Shown: in pieces, positions 39,682-48,651 of the stretch
How the letters are laid out: each line of letters starts with the position of its first letter
Numbering within the stretch: position 1 is the first letter of the stretch
Source: Acidobacteriota bacterium
Lineage (GTDB): Bacteria; Acidobacteriota; UBA6911
Direction: 5' to 3'
Assembly: GCA_031271905.1 (NCBI GenBank)
Contig: JAISUT010000067.1
Coordinates: forward strand, 32,663-96,662
DNA: 64,000 nucleotides
The notes under the pieces: generated by a model
The model's input: only the letters and a program-made list of their open reading frames with translations
Told to the model about the DNA's origin: nothing
Database searches by the model: none
Made by a program: the position numbers and the translations under genes

Positions 39682-40866
39682 CTAGGGTTGCCCCGGCCTC
39701 CCCGACTTTTCCAGCGTCCTTGCGAAGGCGGGGAGCGAGCGTGCGACCGTGTCAAGAGGCACGGTCAGCGACAGGCGCATGTAGCCCGCGCGCCCGAAGC
39801 CGCTGCCGGGGACGGCCAACACCCCTTCTTCCTGCAAGAGCCGCGTGAACGCCACGTCGTCCGGGATAGGCGTCTTAGGAAACACGTAGAATGCGCCTTG
39901 CGGTTTTCGCAACTCGTAGCCGAAGCCCGCCAGCCCGTCGCACAAGAGGTCTCGTTTCTCCTGGTAGGCTTCGACGTCGGGCGACTCGTCGGGCGCGGCG
40001 GCCACGACATGCTGCCAGACGGCGGGGGCGTTGATGAAGCCGAGGACGCGGCTGGAGAAGACGGCGGCGGCGAACAGGGCGTCCGCGTCGGCGACCTTGG
40101 GCGAGACGGCGAGGTAGCCGATGCGCTCCCCGGCAAGGCCCCACTTCTTGGACCACGAAGTGGTGATGACGCAGTTGGAGATGATCGACGCGGGCAACGG
40201 GCATGTCGCGCCGTCGTAGACGATCGCGGTGTAAGGCTCGTCGCTGACCACGACGATGGGGTGGTCGGCGCGTTGCAGCACGGCCTCCAACTCGCGGAGC
40301 GTCGCCTCGGAGTAGATCACGCCCGTGGGGTTGTTCGGCGAGTTCAGGAGGATGGCGCGGGTGCGCGGCGTGATGGCGGCCTCGATGGCGGCGACGTCGA
40401 GCGAGAAATCCCCGCGCGTCTCGACCAGCGCCATCTTCCCGCCGAAATTGCCGATGTAGAAGCGGTAGTCGGGGAAGAACGGGGCGGGGACGATCACCTC
40501 GTCGCCGGGGTTGAGCATCGCCTTGAGGACGGAGTTCATGGCGCCGGCGCAGCCGATGGTCATCAGGACGTTGCCGACGCCGAACGGGACGCCGGTGGCG
40601 TGGGCGAGGCGCTCGGCGACGACGGCGCGCGTCCGGGGATAGCCTGCGTTCGGCATGTATCCGTGCGAGCCGGGGGCGTTACGCCGCGCGACCTCTTGGA
40701 ACGAGGCGGTCACGCCCGCAGGCGGATCCTCGCCCGGGTTGCCGAGGGTGAAGTCGAAGACGTTCGCCTCCCCGCGCTCCGCCTTCAGGCGGATGCCTTC
40801 CTCGAACATCCTCCGGATGAAGGAGGACTGCCCCAGTTGCTGTTGGATGATGTCGGCTACGATCAT
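39682..40866 (-). CDS. Class I/II PLP-dependent aminotransferase
   Basis: SWSKKWGLAGERIGY (PLP-lysine motif), NPxNPTG, 395 aa from the internal ATG at 40866. Confidence 0.8.
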   Translation of the reverse strand: MIVADIIQQQLGQSSFIRRMFEEGIRLKAERGEANVFDFTLGNPGEDPPAGVTASFQEVARRNAPGSHGYMPNAGYPRTRAVVAERLAHATGVPFGVGNVLMTIGCAGAMNSVLKAMLNPGDEVIVPAPFFPDYRFYIGNFGGKMALVETRGDFSLDVAAIEAAITPRTRAILLNSPNNPTGVIYSEATLRELEAVLQRADHPIVVVSDEPYTAIVYDGATCPLPASIISNCVITTSWSKKWGLAGERIGYLAVSPKVADADALFAAAVFSSRVLGFINAPAVWQHVVAAAPDESPDVEAYQEKRDLLCDGLAGFGYELRKPQGAFYVFPKTPIPDDVAFTRLLQEEGVLAVPGSGFGRAGYMRLSLTVPLDTVARSLPAFARTLEKSGRPGQP

Positions 40867-41141
40867 GGCGCAAGCTCCTGTGAATCCACGAGACAGTCTT
40901 TCAAAAACAAACCATAACTTTGTCACCATCGCGGCGGCTTCGCAAGCGCGTCCGTGCACTTCGGGCGCCGTCGCGCGTCCGCCGCCTGCTTTCGGGTGCG
41001 GATGGGGCAGGCGGCCGTGTGCCGCGCCCCCTCGCAGGCTTCGGGTCGGACGCGGAAATTCCTGGACCATTCCTGAACCATTGGCGATAAACTAGAGTCT
41101 ATTATATCGGTTGGGATATGGCGATGATCGAAGGCGGTGCT

Positions 41142-41777
41142 ATGAAAAGGCGTGGGACGCTTCTCCCGGCGGCGGCCGTGATGGTCGCCTTGCTCTGCGC
41201 CCTGCCTGTGCGCGCCGCCGACGCGATCCTGCCGGACGGGACGCAGATAACCCTGCAACTGAACGACACGCTCGGAACGGCGTCGAACGTGGAGGGCGAC
41301 GGGTTCACCGCAGTGGTCGCCACCCCCGTCTATTTGAACGACCAGATCGCGATCCCCAAGGGGAGCCTCGTCACAGGCAGCGTCTCCCGCGTCCTGCGCC
41401 CGGGCAGGCTCAAGGGGAGGGCGGTGCTCGACCTGATGTTCCAGACCATAAGGATCCCCGGACGGAAGGATGCGGATCTAGACGCGACCCTCATCTGGAT
41501 CGATCCCGAGGGGGGGGACGGGGCGCCCCAGGACGGCGTCCGCCCGGAGGCTGGAGGGGCGTCCGGCGGCGCAGGCAAATCCGGGCAGGGGGCGGGCTCG
41601 ACCAAGCTCCCGAAGGTCAGCCCGCGCGCGCTGGCGCCGGGCGGGAAGAACATCGGGCTCGCCTCCGGCAGCAGGCCGTCGGTCTTCAACTCCCAAGGGG
41701 AGGATCTCGTGATCCATCGCGGCACCGTCATGGACATCCTGCTCGACCTCCCGCTGACGATACCCGACGAGGAGTGA
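41142..41777 (+). CDS. Secreted hypothetical protein
   Basis: Signal peptide MKRRGTLLPAAAVMVALLCALPVRAADA. Gly-rich central region. No recognised domain. Confidence 0.5.
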   Translation: MKRRGTLLPAAAVMVALLCALPVRAADAILPDGTQITLQLNDTLGTASNVEGDGFTAVVATPVYLNDQIAIPKGSLVTGSVSRVLRPGRLKGRAVLDLMFQTIRIPGRKDADLDATLIWIDPEGGDGAPQDGVRPEAGGASGGAGKSGQGAGSTKLPKVSPRALAPGGKNIGLASGSRPSVFNSQGEDLVIHRGTVMDILLDLPLTIPDEE

Positions 41778-41817
41778 CGCCGCACCCCAGGCGCCACCCG
41801 CGCCCGACCGGTTCGGG

Positions 41818-41863
41818 TTGACAATTTGCGCAAGTCCACCCGCAAAACTTCCAAAATTGTCAA
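41818..41863. promoter_or_regulatory. Nested inverted repeat (TTGACAATTT...AAATTGTCAA with inner TTTGCG...CGCAAA) upstream of the TRAP operon
   Basis: 10-bp perfect inverted repeat arms 26 bp apart, with a second inner palindrome. Candidate operator about 290 bp upstream of dctP. Confidence 0.4.
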
Positions 41864-42155
41864 ACTGCATATTTAGTTGAATTTAATCGGTTTGCAACGA
41901 TTCGGTTGATTTTTTATCTCGAAGTGACGATTTTGTCATAACCGCTACGTCTCCCTATATCAAACGTCCAAAAGCGGCTGATGCGCTTATCCCCCGCTGT
42001 TTATGCAGGTTCTCCGCGAAAATCCCCCATGCGATGGTGGTTGGCACGGCATTTGCAATCATTTGAATGGCGGTTTTTATTTCGCGGAGGTGCCCCGAGG
42101 CTCGCCGCATGGGTTTGTTAACCAGTTGTATCCAACATGGATGGGGATGTCGAAA

Positions 42156-43289
42156 ATGAAAAATACGGATAACGCAACGGTGCCGGAGAAGGTCCCGGTT
42201 CTTTCCAAACGTGAGTTCCTTAAGACCGCCGGCACGGCTGGCGCCGCCGTCGCTGCCGCTGCGGTCGGGCTCACAGGCTGTGCGGGTTCAGGCGGCACCG
42301 GCGCCCCCGGGGTCGTGACCTCCAAGAAGACCGAGATCAAATGGCGCCTTCAGACCTACGCCGGCAGCGCGCTCGGCGAGCACGTCGTCAAGCCCGCCAT
42401 CGATGCGTTCAACAAGGTCGCCAACGGCGAGATGTTCATCGATGTCTATTACGCCGACCAGCTCGTGCCGACCAGCGAGCTTTACCTCGCCATGGAAAAA
42501 GGCACCATCGACTGCGTGCAGTCCGACGACGACTCGATGGCGGCGCCGGCCGATGTGAAAGTCTTCGGCGGCTACTTCCCGTTCGCCACGCGCTACAGCC
42601 TCGACGTCCCCGCCCTGTTCGCCCAGTTCGGCTTGGACAAGATCTGGGACGCCTCCTACAAGGAAGCCAGCAAGGGCGCGGTCACTTGGCTCAGCGCCGG
42701 CGCGTGGGATCCTTGCCATTTCGCGACCAAGAAGCCGATCAACTCGCTCGCCGACTTGAAGGGGCTCAAGATCTACACCTTCCCCACCGCAGGCAAATTC
42801 CTCCAGCGCTTCGGTTGCACCGCCGTCACGCTCCCTTATGAAGACGTGGTGATGGCGCTGCGCACCGGGCAGCTCGACTCCGTCTGCTGGTCGGGCATCA
42901 CCGAAGACTACACCGTCGGTTGGGCGGACGCCACGGAATATTTCCTGACCAACAACATCTGCGGCGCGTGGATCGGCCACTTCTTCGCCAACACCAAGTC
43001 GTGGGAGGCGGTTCCGGAGCATTTGCAGGCGTTGTTCAAGGTCTGCATGGACCAGTCGCATTACTACCGGCAGTACTGGTACTGGGGCGGCGAGGCGGAC
43101 AAGCGCGTCAACGGCGACAAGCTCAAGCTCTGCTCCATCCCGGACGCCGAGTGGAAGACGGTCGAGGAGGAGGCGGTCAAGTTCTGGGACGAGATCGCCA
43201 AGGAAAGCCCGCGCGCGGCGCAGGTGGTCAAGATCTTCCGCGACTACAACGCGCTGATGGCCAAGGCCGGCAAGCCGTACAGGTATTAG
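42156..43289 (+). CDS. dctP: TRAP transporter substrate-binding protein (DctP family)
   Basis: Signal / lipoprotein-like N-terminus (AVGLTGCAGSG). DctP-family fold length and conserved aromatic/Asp pattern. First gene of the P-Q-M operon. Confidence 0.8.
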   Translation: MKNTDNATVPEKVPVLSKREFLKTAGTAGAAVAAAAVGLTGCAGSGGTGAPGVVTSKKTEIKWRLQTYAGSALGEHVVKPAIDAFNKVANGEMFIDVYYADQLVPTSELYLAMEKGTIDCVQSDDDSMAAPADVKVFGGYFPFATRYSLDVPALFAQFGLDKIWDASYKEASKGAVTWLSAGAWDPCHFATKKPINSLADLKGLKIYTFPTAGKFLQRFGCTAVTLPYEDVVMALRTGQLDSVCWSGITEDYTVGWADATEYFLTNNICGAWIGHFFANTKSWEAVPEHLQALFKVCMDQSHYYRQYWYWGGEADKRVNGDKLKLCSIPDAEWKTVEEEAVKFWDEIAKESPRAAQVVKIFRDYNALMAKAGKPYRY

Positions 43290-43383
43290 GAAGGAAACGG
43301 CTGGCGGACCTCGGGGGAGGCCGCCGGCCGTGGCAGGAGTGCAGGGAAGAGCCGATTCTTTGGAGTTTGGAGAGAGGGAGAAC

Positions 43384-43971
43384 ATGTACAAGTCAATCGT
43401 GATCGGAGTTCAGCGTTTTACGAAGACCGTGGACAAAGTCAACCGCGCCATCGGGCATGTGGCGATGTACCTGCTGGTGGCCATGGTGGCCATCCTGATC
43501 TGGTCTGTCTGCACCAACGCCTTCAACAGTCCGGCGATCTGGGTGATGGAGATGGCGCAGTTCACCATGGCGGCCTACTACCTGGTGGGCGCGGCATTCT
43601 CCATGCAGGAGGAGGCGCATGTGCGTATGGACTTCCTGTATGAGCGCTGGGGCAAGCGCAAACGCTCGCTCGTGGACTCCATCACCAGCGTCGCCCTCGT
43701 GTTCTACCTCATCATGCTCGTCTACGGCGGCTGGACCAGTTCCGCATACGCCGTCTCCACCGGGCAGACCAACCACACGGTCTGGGCGCCTTACATGGCG
43801 CCGATCAAGATCGCCATGACCTTCGGGATGGCGTTGATGCTCCTGCAGTCCCTCTCGGAACTCGCCAAGGACATCTTCCGCGCCTGCGGCAAGGAGTTGC
43901 ACGAGATCACTTTCGACGAGGCTCCGGAGCGGCAAGTCGCCGGACGCTTCGCTCCCGCCCTGACCGAATAG
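43384..43971 (+). CDS. dctQ: TRAP transporter small permease (DctQ family)
   Basis: 195 aa, 4 TM helices, typical DctQ size. Ribosome-binding site GGAGAGAGGGAG. Confidence 0.75.
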   Translation: MYKSIVIGVQRFTKTVDKVNRAIGHVAMYLLVAMVAILIWSVCTNAFNSPAIWVMEMAQFTMAAYYLVGAAFSMQEEAHVRMDFLYERWGKRKRSLVDSITSVALVFYLIMLVYGGWTSSAYAVSTGQTNHTVWAPYMAPIKIAMTFGMALMLLQSLSELAKDIFRACGKELHEITFDEAPERQVAGRFAPALTE

Positions 43972-44004
43972 GGCGACGCGCGGTTTTAACACGATGCATG
44001 GCAG

Positions 44005-44031
44005 GGACGGCGCGGTGCGCCTGCGCCGTCC
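44005..44031 (+). other. Strong hairpin (9-bp stem GGACGGCGC / GCGCCGTCC) in an unusually long 270-bp dctQ-dctM spacer
   Basis: Perfect inverted repeat. Followed by a purine-rich tract. Possible attenuator or processing site. Confidence 0.35.
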
Positions 44032-44241
44032 GCATCTGAAAACGTGGCGGTCACGGCGTTGCCGCCTCGTCATGGCGGAGCCCTGTATCGAGCGTGTGGG
44101 CGGAGATCGTCATTGGCAAAAGAAGCCAAATAGAGAAGGTTGAAAGAAGGCTGGTAGGCAAGGGGCGAGTAGGGTTGTTGGAAAAGAGGTCGGACGCGCG
44201 CCGCAGGCGGACGGTTGCGGCAACTAAGGCTGAAAACTATC

Positions 44242-45594
44242 ATGGAACCTGCGCTGATTATCCTGTTGATGTTCTCCACCATGATGCTGCTGATGCTCAC
44301 CGGCCAGCGCGTCTTCGCCATCTTGGGCTTCGTGGGCTCGGTTTGCGCCCTCCTGCTCTGGGGCGGCGGCAGCGGCGCGGACATGAGCTTCAACGCCGCC
44401 ATCAAGCTCTTCAACTGGTACCCGATGCTCTCGCTCCCCATGTTCATCTTCATGGGGTACATGATCTCCGAGGCGGGCATCGCCAACGACATGTACCACG
44501 CCCTGCACGTCTGGATGGGGGGCTTGCGCGGAGGGCTCGCCATCGGCACGGTCGTGATGATGATCTTCATCTCCGCGATGAACGGCCTTTCCGTGGCGGG
44601 GATGGCGATCGGGTGCAGCGTCGCGCTCCCGGAACTGGTGAAACGCAACTACGACAAACGGATGATCAGCGGCGTCATCCAGTCCGCCAGCTCCCTGGGC
44701 ATCCTCATCCCCCCCTCGGTGGTGCTGGTGCTCTACGGCATAATCGCCCGCGAGAACATCGAGAAGCTCTGGCTCGCCGGCATCGTGCCGGGGCTGTTCA
44801 TGGCCGTCGTCTTCATCGCCTACATCGTCATCCGATGCAGGATCAACCCGAAGTTCGGACCCGCGCTCCCCAAGGAGGAGCGCAACTATGCGGCCAAGGA
44901 GAAGCTGCGCGTCTTGGGCGCGGGGGTCATCCCGCTGGTGCTCATGGCGGTCGTCATCGGCTCGTTCTTCTCCGGCTTCGCCTCGCTCGCCGAAAGCTCC
45001 GCCATCGGCGCGGTCGCGGCGTTCCTCGTCGCCGTCGCCAAGAAGCGTGTCACGAAGGCGGTCATTAAGAACACCCTCAAGCAGACGCTCAACGCCAGCG
45101 CGATGTTCATGTGGGTGATGATGGCGGCGTTGGCGTTTGCGGCGGTCTTCGACGGCCTCGGGGCGGTCCATGCCATCGAGGGCCTCTTCACCGACTTGGG
45201 CATCTCCAAGTGGGGCATCCTGATCCTGATGCAGGTGTCCTTCATCATCATGGGGATCTTCCTGGACGACACGGCGATGCTGGTCATCGTCGCGCCGCTG
45301 TACATCCCGTTGCTGATCAAGCTGGGCTTCGACGCGGTCTGGTTCGGCGTGCTGTACACCATCACCTGCCAAGTGGCGTACCTGACGCCGCCCTTCGGCT
45401 ACAACTTGTTTTTGATGCGCGCCATGTCGCCGCCCGACTTCACCATCCGGGACATCTACGCCTCGATCATCCCGTTCGTCGTCCTCATGTTCATCTGCCT
45501 GGTGCTGATCATGGTCTTCCCGGACATCGCCCTCTGGCTGCCGGACAAGGTCACCGCCCTGCGCGAGGCCGCCAAGGCCGCGGGAGGGTTGTGA
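44242..45594 (+). CDS. dctM: TRAP transporter large permease (DctM family)
   Basis: 450 aa, about 12 TM helices, DctM-like. Its stop is 2 nt before the eutB ATG. Confidence 0.85.
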   Translation: MEPALIILLMFSTMMLLMLTGQRVFAILGFVGSVCALLLWGGGSGADMSFNAAIKLFNWYPMLSLPMFIFMGYMISEAGIANDMYHALHVWMGGLRGGLAIGTVVMMIFISAMNGLSVAGMAIGCSVALPELVKRNYDKRMISGVIQSASSLGILIPPSVVLVLYGIIARENIEKLWLAGIVPGLFMAVVFIAYIVIRCRINPKFGPALPKEERNYAAKEKLRVLGAGVIPLVLMAVVIGSFFSGFASLAESSAIGAVAAFLVAVAKKRVTKAVIKNTLKQTLNASAMFMWVMMAALAFAAVFDGLGAVHAIEGLFTDLGISKWGILILMQVSFIIMGIFLDDTAMLVIVAPLYIPLLIKLGFDAVWFGVLYTITCQVAYLTPPFGYNLFLMRAMSPPDFTIRDIYASIIPFVVLMFICLVLIMVFPDIALWLPDKVTALREAAKAAGGL

Positions 45595-45596
45595 CG

Positions 45597-46949
45597 ATGG
45601 CGTCCCCGTCTGCGGCGAAGGATTTGAAGCAATTGATGGCGTGGGCGTCCCCCCTGCGGGCGGGTGACGCGCTGGCTGGCGTCGCCGCCCCTGATGCGGC
45701 GACGCGGGTGCGCGCCCAGCGGGAGCTTGCCGACACCCCTTTGGCGCGCTTCCTCTCCGAGCCGCCGGTGCCCTACGAATCGGACGAGGTGACGCGGCTC
45801 ATCCTCGACACGCATGACGCCGGGGCTTTCGCCCCGGTCTCCAACCTGTCAGTGGGGGAGTTCAGGGATTTCCTGCTCTCCTACGAGGCGGACGCGGCTG
45901 CTCTCTCCGCGTTGGCGGCCGGCATCACCCCCGAGATGGCGGCCGCCGTCTCCAAAGTCATGTCCAACCAAGACCTGATCCTCGCCGCTTCGAAGATCCG
46001 CGTCGTCACGGCGTTCCGTGACACCCTCGGCTTGCCGGGGCGGCTCTCGGTGCGCATCCAGCCGAACCATCCGACCGACGATCCGCGCGGCATCGCCGCA
46101 TCCATCCTCGACGGCCTGCTCTACGGCTGCGGCGACGCGGTGATCGGCATCAACCCCGCCACCGACTCGGTGCCCGCGATGGAGACGATGCTCAAGTTGA
46201 TCGACGAGCTGGTCGCGCGCTACAGGATACCCACGCAGTCGTGCGTGCTGGCGCACGTCACCACCGCCTTGGAGGTCATGCGGCGCGGCGCGCCGGTGGA
46301 TCTGGTGTTCCAGTCCATCGCCGGCACGGAGGCCGCCAACAGGCATTTCGGCATCTCGCTGGCGCTGCTGGGCGAGGCGCGTGAGGCGGCGTTGTCGCTT
46401 AAACGGGGCACGGTCGGCGACAACGTGATGTATTTCGAGACCGGGCAAGGGTCGGCGCTCTCGGCGGACGCGGCGCATGGCGTGGACATGCAGACGATCG
46501 AGGCGCGCGCCTACGCCGTCGCCCGGTTGTTCAAACCGCTTTTGGTCAACACGGTGGTGGGTTTCATCGGGCCGGAATACCTCGCCGACGGCAAGCAGAT
46601 CATCCGCGCCGGGCTGGAGGACCATTTCTGCGGCAAGCTCCTGGGCGTTCCGATGGGGTGCGACATCTGCTACACCAACCACACGAACGCCGACCAGGAC
46701 GACATGGACGTCCTGCTGACGCTTTTGGGGGTGGCGGGGTGCAACTACATCATGGGGTTGCCGGGCGCGGCGGACGTGATGCTCGGCTACCAGTCCACCT
46801 CCTACCACGACGCGCAGTACCTGCGCCAGACCTTGGGGCTGCGCCCTGCGCCGGAGTTCGAGGCGTGGCTGGAGGACATGCGCGTGTCCTCCGGCAACCG
46901 GCTTTGCGAGGTGCAGCCGTCCAACCTGCTCATGGGGGAAGTGAAATAG
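45597..46949 (+). CDS. eutB: Ethanolamine ammonia-lyase large subunit
   Basis: GINPATDS, CYTNH, ...MGLPGAADVMLGYQSTSYHD and about 450 aa are canonical EutB. Confidence 0.9.
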   Translation: MASPSAAKDLKQLMAWASPLRAGDALAGVAAPDAATRVRAQRELADTPLARFLSEPPVPYESDEVTRLILDTHDAGAFAPVSNLSVGEFRDFLLSYEADAAALSALAAGITPEMAAAVSKVMSNQDLILAASKIRVVTAFRDTLGLPGRLSVRIQPNHPTDDPRGIAASILDGLLYGCGDAVIGINPATDSVPAMETMLKLIDELVARYRIPTQSCVLAHVTTALEVMRRGAPVDLVFQSIAGTEAANRHFGISLALLGEAREAALSLKRGTVGDNVMYFETGQGSALSADAAHGVDMQTIEARAYAVARLFKPLLVNTVVGFIGPEYLADGKQIIRAGLEDHFCGKLLGVPMGCDICYTNHTNADQDDMDVLLTLLGVAGCNYIMGLPGAADVMLGYQSTSYHDAQYLRQTLGLRPAPEFEAWLEDMRVSSGNRLCEVQPSNLLMGEVK

Positions 46950-47040
46950 GGACGGGGGGCGGCGCGCCACGCCGTCCGCATTGCAGGGAAGGAAGGCGCT
47001 CGCGGCGCGGCTCCCCCCACCTTGGGCATTCGAGGCGAAT

Positions 47041-47841
47041 ATGGACGCGGAATTGCAAAACACGGATCGGGTGAGGGAGGCGGTCGCCGCAGGCAGGGCG
47101 AAGGCCGACGCCTGGGAGGCGTTGCGCCGCTTCACCGACGCCCGCATCGCCCTTGGGCGCGCCGGCGGGAGCCTGCGCACCGAGGCGTTGCTGGATTTCC
47201 GGCTGGCGCACGCCGAGGCGCGCGACGCGGTGTACACGTCGTTCGATCCCGACGCCTTGGTGAAGGAGCTCGCCGCCGCGAAGATACGCTCCGTCCGGCT
47301 CACCTCGGCGGCGACCAACAAGGCGGACTACCTCGCGAACCCCGCCTTGGGGCGCACGCTCTCCGACGCCTCGCGCAAGGCGCTCTCCGCCATGCGGTAT
47401 TCCGCCGCGCCGCCCGACCTGTGCATCATCGTCTCGGACGGGCTTTCGGCGCGCGCGGCGCAACTGCATGCGGTGGAGACGGTCGTCCCGCTGACGCGCA
47501 AGCTCGCGGACGTGGGGTGGAGCCTCGCCCCGGTATTCGTCGTCCCTTTCGCGCGGGTGAAAATCCAAGACGAAGTCGGCGAACGGCTCCGCGCCCGCAT
47601 CACCCTGATGTTTCTAGGCGAGCGTCCGGGGCTGGACTCCCCCGACAGCCTCGGGGCTTACTTCACCTATTCCCCGAATTCGCGCAGCACGGACGCCGAT
47701 CGCAACTGCGTCTCCAACATCCGGCACGCCGGACTCGCTCCCACAGCCGCCGCCGGAGTCCTTTTCCGCATGTTGGTGCTCTCCCGCCGCCTGTCGGCGA
47801 GCGGCGTCGCCGTCAAGGACACCGAGGCGCAGTTGAAATAG
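47041..47841 (+). CDS. eutC: Ethanolamine ammonia-lyase small subunit
   Basis: About 266 aa. Conserved EutC core (VSDGLSARA, LGERPGLDSPDSLGAY). Confidence 0.85.
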   Translation: MDAELQNTDRVREAVAAGRAKADAWEALRRFTDARIALGRAGGSLRTEALLDFRLAHAEARDAVYTSFDPDALVKELAAAKIRSVRLTSAATNKADYLANPALGRTLSDASRKALSAMRYSAAPPDLCIIVSDGLSARAAQLHAVETVVPLTRKLADVGWSLAPVFVVPFARVKIQDEVGERLRARITLMFLGERPGLDSPDSLGAYFTYSPNSRSTDADRNCVSNIRHAGLAPTAAAGVLFRMLVLSRRLSASGVAVKDTEAQLK

Positions 47842-47861
47842 GCCTTTTGCCGGTTCCCCTA

Positions 47862-47880
47862 CTGTGATTTGCGCTATAAT
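47862..47880 (+). promoter_or_regulatory. Promoter-like motif CTGTGATTTGCGCTATAAT (shared with 16786-16807)
   Basis: GTGATTTG-N3-TATAAT is identical in both sites. Lies 50 nt upstream of the DUF1566 gene start. Confidence 0.4.
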
Positions 47881-47930
47881 CAGGGACGTTGCGTGCAGGA
47901 TGCCGCACATTCAAAGGGAAAGGAACGGTT

Positions 47931-48386
47931 ATGTTTTCAAGACGGGATCGCAAAGGGTTTTCGATGACGGTGTTATTGTTGGCGGTGGTCTCTTTGGGCG
48001 CGGGGTTGGCGGCGGCGCAAGATGCCGACGTGCCGGTATGGAAGGACGACGCCACCGGGTTGACATGGACTGCCAAGGACAACGGCGCGGCGGTGAGCCC
48101 CAACCAGGGCAACGGGTATTGTGGCGACTTGGTTGCGGGCGGGCTCTCCGGCTGGCGCCTCCCGACCATCGACGAGCTGGAAGGGGTTTACGACTCGAAA
48201 CAGAAGACGAAGCTGTACAAGGCGAAGGGCGACATCGAACTCGGCAACGCCTGCGTGTTGAGCGGCTCCGCCAACAACAGCGGCGACATCTGGACGTTCT
48301 GCTTCAACTCCGGCAGCCGGAACATCGGCGGCGGCGGCGGGTGCAGCACCACCGCGCACGCCCTGTGCGTCCACGACCCTGAATAG
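47931..48386 (+). CDS. Secreted DUF1566 (Lcl C-terminal-like) protein
   Basis: Signal peptide then GWRLPTIDELEGVY, characteristic of DUF1566. Confidence 0.6.
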   Translation: MFSRRDRKGFSMTVLLLAVVSLGAGLAAAQDADVPVWKDDATGLTWTAKDNGAAVSPNQGNGYCGDLVAGGLSGWRLPTIDELEGVYDSKQKTKLYKAKGDIELGNACVLSGSANNSGDIWTFCFNSGSRNIGGGGGCSTTAHALCVHDPE

Positions 48387-48651
48387 TTCTGCTCAGCGCA
48401 CGACACCCAACGACCCATCGCTTCCGATGGAAGAACGCAATCGATTTCCCATGATCGACGCCAGCGCCGAGGCGTTGGCGTTGATGGCGATGCGATAACG
48501 AATAAGGCGGACGGGTTGCGATTTCACCTTCGTCACTCTTTCTCCGCCCGCCCCCATGCGCCTCCGCCGTTTGCCTCAGAGACGCTATGCGCCGCGCCCG
48601 GAACATCGCGCGCCGCCCAAGAAGAAATGCTGAAATCACGGTTTCGGCCGC

